DNA of 32,000 nt from Balneolaceae bacterium (GTDB lineage Bacteria > Bacteroidota > Rhodothermia > Balneolales > Balneolaceae): NCBI GenBank assembly GCA_965229525.1, contig OZ245886.1, positions 1,968,882 through 2,000,881 on the forward strand. Direction: 5' to 3'. This document shows, in pieces, positions 19,850-26,412 of this stretch. The position numbers were made by a program, and so were the translations under genes. Positions within the stretch are counted from its first letter, which is position 1. Each line of letters begins with the position of its first letter. Below the pieces are notes generated by a model. The model was given only the letters and a program-made list of their open reading frames with translations. It had not been told where the DNA came from and did not search any database.

Positions 19850-21115
19850 ATGACCTCTTCAGCAAAATTAATGGATCATCTTTTTCGCCAACAATCGGGA
19901 AAGATGAATTCCATTCTCATTAATAGTTACGGCTTCGAATATTCCGAATTAATTGATGATGTAATTCAGGAGACTTTCCTAATTGCACTAAAACAGTGGG
20001 GAATGAAAGGGGTGCCGGATAACCCGGAAGGGTGGTTGATGCAGGTATCAAAAAACAAATTCCTGAATGAAATTAATCGCCTTAAAAGACATTGTAAATT
20101 AAACGTAAAATCTATCGAGCATTCTGAATTGGATGGGTTCCCAGAAACCTTGAGCGATAACCGATTCAAACAGGAACAACTAAGAACATTGTTTTCTTGT
20201 TGCACGCCTCAAATATCAGCTAAAGCTCAAATCATGCTCACTTTAAAAATAGTTTCTGGATTTGGGGATCGTGAAATTGCTAAAGCACTATTAATGAAAG
20301 AACAAGCAGTTAGGAAAGCCATCTATCGGGCAAGAAATACTATTAAAGAAATAGGTGAATCTGCACTTGTTGTGTCCCGATCTGATTATAAAGACAGGCA
20401 AGAGATTGTGTTGAAAATACTTTATTTGATGTTTAATGAAGGATATCATTCATCTTCTGGGGACAAACTACTCGATGAGGACATTACTTTCGAAGCGATA
20501 CGATTGACAAGTTGGTTACTTGAAATCGAATATTTAAATCACAGTACAATCCATGCTGTACTAGCTTTGATGTTCTTCAATTTCTCAAGATTTGATGCTC
20601 GATTGAACAAAAATGGAGAGATTATGGATATCGAGCAACAAGATCGAAGTACGTGGAGTAAAGAACTCATCCAAAAAGGTATGTACCATCAAAAGAAATC
20701 AAGAGAAACAGAAGCCTTAACAAATTACCATATAGAAAGTGGAATAGCAGCGGTTCATTGCTTATCACAAAGCTACGATGATACAAATTGGGCACAGATT
20801 GCTAATTATTATGAACGATTAATGACTTTTGATTCATCTTCACAAGTACAGATTAATTTCGCAATTGCCCTTTCCGAAAATGGTGAATCATTACAAGCTC
20901 TCAACATATTAAAAGGTATTGATCAAAAGGGATCAGACAATAAAAGTCTATTATTTGGTGCGATGGCAAGGGTGCATCGAAATTTAAGGCAGATTGAATT
21001 GGCAACATCATACTACAAAGTAGCACTAGATATGACGGAAAATGACAATGAGAGAAAATTCTATGAGGCTAAAATTGCAAATCTGCTTCTAAATACAGAC
21101 CGTCTAAATAATTAA
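19850..21115 (+). CDS. ECF-type sigma-70 family factor with a long C-terminal TPR-like extension (ECF42-like)
   Basis: Region 2: DDVIQETFLIALKQWGMKGVPDNPEGWLMQVSKNKFLNEINRLKR. Region 4: GFGDREIAKALLMKEQAVRKAIYRARNTI. A ~220-aa helical-repeat extension follows: YHIESGIAAVHCLSQSYDDTNWAQIANYYERL...INFAIAL. The DGPF neighbours match the known ECF42 context. Confidence 0.85.
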   Translation: MTSSAKLMDHLFRQQSGKMNSILINSYGFEYSELIDDVIQETFLIALKQWGMKGVPDNPEGWLMQVSKNKFLNEINRLKRHCKLNVKSIEHSELDGFPETLSDNRFKQEQLRTLFSCCTPQISAKAQIMLTLKIVSGFGDREIAKALLMKEQAVRKAIYRARNTIKEIGESALVVSRSDYKDRQEIVLKILYLMFNEGYHSSSGDKLLDEDITFEAIRLTSWLLEIEYLNHSTIHAVLALMFFNFSRFDARLNKNGEIMDIEQQDRSTWSKELIQKGMYHQKKSRETEALTNYHIESGIAAVHCLSQSYDDTNWAQIANYYERLMTFDSSSQVQINFAIALSENGESLQALNILKGIDQKGSDNKSLLFGAMARVHRNLRQIELATSYYKVALDMTENDNERKFYEAKIANLLLNTDRLNN

Positions 21116-21131
21116 TCTTCTTCTATACTGA

Positions 21132-21149
21132 TTGTGGATAAATCCACAA
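21132..21149. promoter_or_regulatory. Perfect 8-bp-arm palindrome ttgtggat-aa-atccacaa, 17 nt after the sigma-gene stop (weak terminator or operator; function unknown)
   Basis: Read directly: 21132-21139 is the reverse complement of 21142-21149. It lies in the AT-rich 214-bp spacer upstream of the FliG-like operon. Confidence 0.4.
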
Positions 21150-21329
21150 AATTTTAGACCATTTTTGTTCATCATTGCAATATGAGCAGTTTTAAGTAGT
21201 TTTTAATCAGTATAAATACGTAGTTTTTAAAATAATAATGTGGAAAACTTAAAAAATTTGTGCATACTTACCCCTCTTTAGTAAAAATTAAAAAATTACA
21301 GGCTCTAATTTACTCTACAGGGGTTTGAA

Positions 21330-23174
21330 ATGGTTGGGAAAACACATAAATGGCTATTAGTACTGGCACTTGCCTTTATCACCAAAGGTTTATTTGCTCA
21401 AACATTACCGGGACAAGTTGTATCACCTGATGTTCAGGAAGAAGCTGCAAAATACGAACAGTATTATGAGGTAGTACTAAATAACGCACTTTCTGATTAT
21501 TATCGGAAAGGTACATTCATTGTTGATGCAAAAGTAACACTCGAGAGAGTACTAGTACCAAGAGGCTATGAAGTTGTAGAAGGTGATGAGCCAATAAGAA
21601 TAGAAAATTTGCCTGGACTTCCTTTTGTTCCACCCAATTTACAGCGTGAGTCGGAAGGAACTACGGATAGTTTAAAAGCTTCAGGCTTTGATGCTCAATT
21701 TAGGCTCACCCAGCTTAACATTACCGTATTGGTAGATACGTCTTACAGTGATGAAGATGTTGACTTCGTTGAAGAAGCTACCATACTAATAGCAAATGCA
21801 GATCCATTTAGGGGAGATATTGTTGCGGTAGATAAAAAAGTGTTTCCAAGAAGTGCCAGAGCAATAGAGCAGGATGTTATGGAGGCAAGACAATCGCCCG
21901 AACCAGAGCCTGTTGAAGAACAAGTTGAACGAATGGGTGCACTTGATGATGTAGCTTCATCGGAGCCTGAACCAAATATGTTTCTCGGAATTGATTGGAA
22001 TAATCCTCAACATTTACTGTATGTAGTTGGGATACTAGCAGCACTATTCTTAATAACTTTACTCTATGCACTGCTAAAACGACCGGATCAAAAAGAAAGT
22101 AGTGCTCAATTACCGTATCCGGCATTCGATGGTGTGAATCCTATGCCAGCTGTTGATCATAAAACGGATGAACCAAAAGGACCAGATGCAAAAACGCTTG
22201 CACAATTTGAAGAAGATAAAACATTCGTAACGAATAACTGCATCAGTCACCCGGATGCCATTGCAGATTTAATTGGACAATGGATTGCGAGCGACGACGA
22301 ACAAGGTATAATTCGATCTGCAAAGTCGTTAGCAGGTGTGGATGAAAAACTAATAAATGTATTAGAACCACATATGAAAGTAGAAACTTTTGATGCGGTT
22401 AAATTTGCAATCAACAATACAGAACCCTCTACTCTTGATGAGAAAATTGAAGAAGTTAAAGCGTTCCGAAAAAGTATTCAGCAGGTTAATACCAAAAATG
22501 GAGCTTCCGATTCTGGCTCCAATCTATTCGATTTTGTATATCAATTAACCGATGTACAACTCCAGCATTTGATTAAAGAAGAATCTGATGAATTAGTTGC
22601 AATTCTTCTCGCACAGATTGCTGGCGAAAGAGCGGGGGTAATTCTTCAAAAACTCGATGACCAAAAAAGAATATCGATTTTGTTGAAGATGGGTAAAATC
22701 AACAATATTCCAATTTCGGTTTATAAGAAAGTTGCCGCCCACTTTTCGAATAAAGCGCTATCCGTTTCTGATATGAAATATGTGGCAGCGGATGGAATTG
22801 ATTCAATCCTTGCGACCATTGAGACCTTACCTCTAAGCGAACAAGATGATTATGTGCGTTCCATCGCCGAACAAGATCTGAATCTTGCAAAACGTATCAA
22901 GAAGTTCTTTATCGGGTTTGATGATCTTCCCAAAGTTAAAGATGAATTATTACAGGGTGCATTAGAAGAAATTCAGACTGATATTATCATTTTGGCTTTA
23001 AAAACAGCACCAGCAGCAGTGCGAGAAAAAGTGTTGAAGGTTCGTCCAAAACGGGAGCAACAGCTTATTCTATCTGAAGTTGATAACCCCGCTGAGGTTG
23101 CAAAAGGGGCGGTCGAGGATGCTCAAAAAACACTGTTATATGCCGTTAGGCGAAAAATGAAAACTGAGGCGTAG
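21330..23174 (+). CDS. Bitopic inner-membrane protein: periplasmic ~200-aa domain, one TM helix and a cytoplasmic full-length FliG-like (N/M/C) region
   Basis: Signal peptide or anchor MVGKTHKWLLVLALAFITKGLFAQ. Periplasmic part with beta-rich segments TFIVDAKVTLERVLVP and RLTQLNITVLVDTSYSDEDVDFVEEATILIANADPFRGDIVAVDKKVFP. P/E-rich linker. TM helix LLYVVGILAALFLITLLYALL (aa ~228-249). FliG_M-like EESDELVAILLAQIAGERAGVILQKLDDQKRISILLKMGKINNIPISV. FliG_C-like AKRIKKFFIGFDDLPKVKDELLQGALEEIQTDIIILALKTAP..VREKVLKVRPKREQQLILSEVD...VEDAQKTLLYAVRR. Confidence 0.7.
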   Translation: MVGKTHKWLLVLALAFITKGLFAQTLPGQVVSPDVQEEAAKYEQYYEVVLNNALSDYYRKGTFIVDAKVTLERVLVPRGYEVVEGDEPIRIENLPGLPFVPPNLQRESEGTTDSLKASGFDAQFRLTQLNITVLVDTSYSDEDVDFVEEATILIANADPFRGDIVAVDKKVFPRSARAIEQDVMEARQSPEPEPVEEQVERMGALDDVASSEPEPNMFLGIDWNNPQHLLYVVGILAALFLITLLYALLKRPDQKESSAQLPYPAFDGVNPMPAVDHKTDEPKGPDAKTLAQFEEDKTFVTNNCISHPDAIADLIGQWIASDDEQGIIRSAKSLAGVDEKLINVLEPHMKVETFDAVKFAINNTEPSTLDEKIEEVKAFRKSIQQVNTKNGASDSGSNLFDFVYQLTDVQLQHLIKEESDELVAILLAQIAGERAGVILQKLDDQKRISILLKMGKINNIPISVYKKVAAHFSNKALSVSDMKYVAADGIDSILATIETLPLSEQDDYVRSIAEQDLNLAKRIKKFFIGFDDLPKVKDELLQGALEEIQTDIIILALKTAPAAVREKVLKVRPKREQQLILSEVDNPAEVAKGAVEDAQKTLLYAVRRKMKTEA

Positions 23175-23177
23175 ATC

Positions 23178-24257
23178 ATGAAAAAGGTTTTCATTTTATG
23201 CGCTAGCCTACTTTTATGTATAAGTGGGCATACGTTTGCGCAAGATCATGAGAGTGGTGTTCCATATCAAATGGGGCAGATTTTTGAGCAAATGGTAGAT
23301 CAGATAAATGATGTGCCGGTAAATATTCGCAGAGTGGCAGTATATAAATTGAATTATAACGCCATGCGATTTACGGTTCAAGAAGTGGAGTTTATTAGAG
23401 GAGAGCTTGAAGCTGCTTTTAGAGAATTTGCCGGATTAACTGTTTTATCACCACCTGAGTTAGAACCCAATGATAAAATGAAGATCATTGGAAACGATAG
23501 TACCTTACAAATTCTCAATATTCAGGGACGATCTCTGGCTGATGTTTCTCCGGAGCTGTTAACTGAAATTGCTTCGAATTATGGGGTACAGGGGTTACTA
23601 GAAGTAAGCATGCAAAAGAGGTCACCAGATGGATTAATTCTTTCATTAAGAATGATAAGTCCACGGTCTCGTGAAATTGTGTGGACTAAAAGTTTTATCT
23701 CAAATCCATTCAGAGTGGAATTAGAAGTCGACAAAGGATTTACTTCGGTACTAAAGTTTGGAGCGGGTACTATTGAAGCAGAGTCTATTACTCGGGCCGA
23801 TACAAGTTTTGCAACCCCAGATACAGCGATAGGTAAACCAGTCGTAAATTATTCTGTATCATTTACCTATCGGCAGCCAATTAATCTAGATAACAGTGCT
23901 TATATAGGTTTTACAGGTGGAGTAAATATCCTTCGGTCTGCAAGTGATAGTAATTTCGACTTAACAATGATAGAACTTGGTGCTACCTATTATCAGGCTA
24001 TCACTGAGAAGAATGAAGACATAAATGACTATCGAGTTATGCTGTTTTTTAATGGTAACATTAAGTTTCCAATTAACAGTACAAAAGGTGAATTCTATTC
24101 ATTTAAACCTGGTGTCATGTTCAATATGAGTAAAAACTTAGGGTTGATACTTTATACTGATTTGATCATATCGGGTGAGACTTTAACATTAGAAAACAAC
24201 GACAAAATTACATACGGTAAGGTTGGATATGGATTACAGGCAGTTGTTAGATTCTAA
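23178..24257 (+). CDS. Outer-membrane protein: periplasmic alpha/beta domain (CsgG/LpoB/FlgO-like pattern) plus a C-terminal small beta-barrel
   Basis: Signal peptide ends in FAQ. N-domain RRVAVYKLNYN...FIRGELEAAF...GVQGLLEVSMQKRSPDGLILSLRMISPRSREIVWTKSF. The C-terminal ~175 aa have alternating amphipathic strands and end in GYGLQAVVRF (terminal Phe). Start is 3 nt after the upstream stop. Confidence 0.6.
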   Translation: MKKVFILCASLLLCISGHTFAQDHESGVPYQMGQIFEQMVDQINDVPVNIRRVAVYKLNYNAMRFTVQEVEFIRGELEAAFREFAGLTVLSPPELEPNDKMKIIGNDSTLQILNIQGRSLADVSPELLTEIASNYGVQGLLEVSMQKRSPDGLILSLRMISPRSREIVWTKSFISNPFRVELEVDKGFTSVLKFGAGTIEAESITRADTSFATPDTAIGKPVVNYSVSFTYRQPINLDNSAYIGFTGGVNILRSASDSNFDLTMIELGATYYQAITEKNEDINDYRVMLFFNGNIKFPINSTKGEFYSFKPGVMFNMSKNLGLILYTDLIISGETLTLENNDKITYGKVGYGLQAVVRF

Positions 24258-24852
24258 ATTATTATTAGCAATACTTTGTATTGGCTTATCGATTTCCGCT
24301 TGTAGATCAGCTGGGAATGTGCAAGAACAAATTGATGCAGCTATTGAGGCAAGTGAACCAACAGAAACCACCGGTAATGTTGAGACTAACTTACTCGAAG
24401 GAGAGGCTCGAAGTAATCCGATTATTGTATCCTATAGAAATGCTAGTTCCAATATTCAGATTTCATTAGACCCAGACCAGGATGAATTTTATTTGGATTT
24501 AAAAGGGATTACCCCAACTGAAAAAGATTCCATAATTGTTGTTGATACTACGATTATTAATAATCGAGCCACCGATATTCAGACGCTATTATCTAGCTAC
24601 AGAAAAGCGCAAGATTTATTCTATTTAGGAGAATATCGAGATGCCTTAGCCGAAGTGGATAAAACTCTGGAAATACAAGAAACGGCAGATGCATATGCTT
24701 TAAAAGGTACCATCTTTTTTATGATGGAAAATCCCTCTGCAGCTAGAGCAAATTGGGATATGGCTGTAAGAATGGATCCAAATATTCCGGTACCAAGTAT
24801 TCCGGAATTGGAAACACTAATTAATGAAATACGTGAGGATGGGGGCCAATGA
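24223..24852 (+). CDS. Lipoprotein with C-terminal TPR repeats
   Basis: Lipobox LSISAC. TPR-like AQDLFYLGEYRDALAEVDKTLEIQETADAYALKGTIFFMMENPSAARANWDMAVRMDPN. Start is ATG 24223, ATG 24229 or TTG 24244; all overlap the upstream gene. Confidence 0.7.
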   Translation: MDMDYRQLLDSKLLLAILCIGLSISACRSAGNVQEQIDAAIEASEPTETTGNVETNLLEGEARSNPIIVSYRNASSNIQISLDPDQDEFYLDLKGITPTEKDSIIVVDTTIINNRATDIQTLLSSYRKAQDLFYLGEYRDALAEVDKTLEIQETADAYALKGTIFFMMENPSAARANWDMAVRMDPNIPVPSIPELETLINEIREDGGQ

Positions 24853-25670
24853 AACTTTCACTAACTAATATACTAGGGGTATTTTTTAGTATAGGGATAC
24901 TAATTTTTGGGATTACAGAGACTTTGGAAGTAACCAGTGTATTGAGCAATATTCCGTTTCTTACCAATTATACCTTTTTAAATCTACCAAGCTTATTTAT
25001 CGTAATGGGCGGTATTCTAAACGCTGTGTTTATAACCTATCAACCAAGATATGTAGGGCAGGCTTTCTTCAATATTTTATTTTTATTTAGTCAGGCCAAA
25101 ACTTCAGCTAGAACTTTAGAAAACGATCTTGGCGAAATGTTGACCTGGAATGATCAGATTAAAAGTGATCGTGTTAAAGCTTTAGGCCGGTTAGAAGAAG
25201 AACATACTGGGCAAGTTGCCGGTTATCTATTTTCTTTAATGAGTACAAATTACTCAAACGAGGATATTAAAGAGTTTGGTTCTAATCATATAGAAGAACA
25301 TTATTTTCGTCAATTAGTTGTTGTTGATGTATTACGTGCAATGGGTGCCGCTGCGCCATCTTTTGGGATGTTCGGTACTTTATTTGGTCTGGTGGTAATG
25401 CTAGGTCAGCTTGAAAACCCATCTGGAATGGGGCCTGGACTTGCAGCCGCATTGATTACGACACTATATGGAATTTCTTTAGCACGATTCATTTTCTATC
25501 CAATCGCGGAAAAAATTAAAAACATAGCGCAATTAAATCGCTTTCGTGAATACTTTATCCTGGAAGGTGTATTATTGATTAATGAGCGCAAATCATCGTT
25601 TTATTTACAGGATCGACTTAGCACGTATCTACGAAGAGATTTCAAAAACAATCAAAAAGCTGAAAATTAG
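24849..25670 (+). CDS. MotA/PomA-type stator ion-channel subunit (MotA/TolQ/ExbB superfamily)
   Basis: ATGA overlap with the upstream gene. Topology is 2 TM, a ~100-aa cytoplasmic loop, then 2 TM. Signature prolines occur in APSFGMFGTLFGLVVMLGQL and ITTLYGISLARFIFYPIAEKI. Confidence 0.88.
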   Translation: MKLSLTNILGVFFSIGILIFGITETLEVTSVLSNIPFLTNYTFLNLPSLFIVMGGILNAVFITYQPRYVGQAFFNILFLFSQAKTSARTLENDLGEMLTWNDQIKSDRVKALGRLEEEHTGQVAGYLFSLMSTNYSNEDIKEFGSNHIEEHYFRQLVVVDVLRAMGAAAPSFGMFGTLFGLVVMLGQLENPSGMGPGLAAALITTLYGISLARFIFYPIAEKIKNIAQLNRFREYFILEGVLLINERKSSFYLQDRLSTYLRRDFKNNQKAEN

Positions 25671-25681
25671 CAGGTGACATT

Positions 25682-26359
25682 GTGATTGGTCGTAATTACA
25701 GTGGAAATTCAGATATCACAGAAGAACACGAAGAGGATCAGGAATGGTTGCTCACCTATAGCGACATGATCACGCTTCTATTAGCCTTCTTTGCAATGCT
25801 GATTGCCGTTTCATATGTAGATCTCAATTTATGGGAGCAAATGAAACAAGGTTTACGGTCAGAGATTTCGAAAGAAGAAAATGTTCGTACACCACTTGCT
25901 GAGGTAAAAGCAGATCTTGATCAATTATTAGCTGTTGAAAAAGCGCAAGGATTAGTAGATATCATTTTAGATAGAGAGGGTATTAAACTGTTTTTCTCAA
26001 GCAGCTCTTTTTATAATTCTGGTGAGGCTGATTTGTTACCTACAGGTCAGGGAATTATTGATAAGGTTACACAAGCCATGAATGCCCTAGATTTCTACAA
26101 TTTCAATGTCGATGTGGAGGGTCATACTGATAATGTGCCGATTAATACGCCAATTTATCCATCAAACTGGGAGTTATCAGTTGCAAGAGCGTCTGGGGTA
26201 GTAAAATATTTTATCGAAGATGGTATAGAAGCAGAACGATTAAAAGCCTCTGGATATGCTGATACGAAACCGGTAGTTCCACATGTTGATGAGCAGGGTC
26301 AAAATATCATAGAAAATCGTGCCCTTAATCGCCGTATTGTAGTTCGAATTTACTATTAA
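25682..26359 (+). CDS. MotB/PomB-type stator subunit with an OmpA-like peptidoglycan-binding domain
   Basis: N-terminal WLLTYSDMITLLLAFFAMLIAVS, with the channel Asp (D28) encoded at 25763-25765. C-terminal GHTDNVPI...SNWELSVARASGVVKYF...ASGYADTKPV...NRALNRRIVVRI. GTG start. Confidence 0.88.
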   Translation: MIGRNYSGNSDITEEHEEDQEWLLTYSDMITLLLAFFAMLIAVSYVDLNLWEQMKQGLRSEISKEENVRTPLAEVKADLDQLLAVEKAQGLVDIILDREGIKLFFSSSSFYNSGEADLLPTGQGIIDKVTQAMNALDFYNFNVDVEGHTDNVPINTPIYPSNWELSVARASGVVKYFIEDGIEAERLKASGYADTKPVVPHVDEQGQNIIENRALNRRIVVRIYY

Positions 26360-26412
26360 TTTCCAGAGGCACTAAATCATAAAAATCAGAGTTAGTAGTT
26401 CTAAACTCGCCT

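Noticed and set aside
24849-26359. MotA/MotB-like pair as a Zorya (ZorAB) anti-phage system
   Set aside because: The A subunit is only 273 aa and lacks the long C-terminal tail of ZorA. No ZorC/D/E-like helicase or nuclease genes are nearby. The neighbours are a FliG-like protein, an OM barrel and a TPR lipoprotein.
23178-26359. Tol-Pal (TolQRA-TolB-Pal-CpoB) or ExbBD-TonB cluster
   Set aside because: The A subunit has four-TM MotA topology. The B subunit fuses the Asp-bearing TM helix directly to an OmpA-like domain, which is MotB architecture rather than TolR plus a separate Pal. No TolA/TonB-like Pro-rich protein and no TolB beta-propeller is present.
21330-26359. Gliding or T9SS motor (GldLM/PorLM)
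   Set aside because: No protein here has the GldL (two TM helices plus a cytoplasmic tail) or GldM (single TM helix plus a long periplasmic rod) layout. The stator signatures are MotA/MotB-type.
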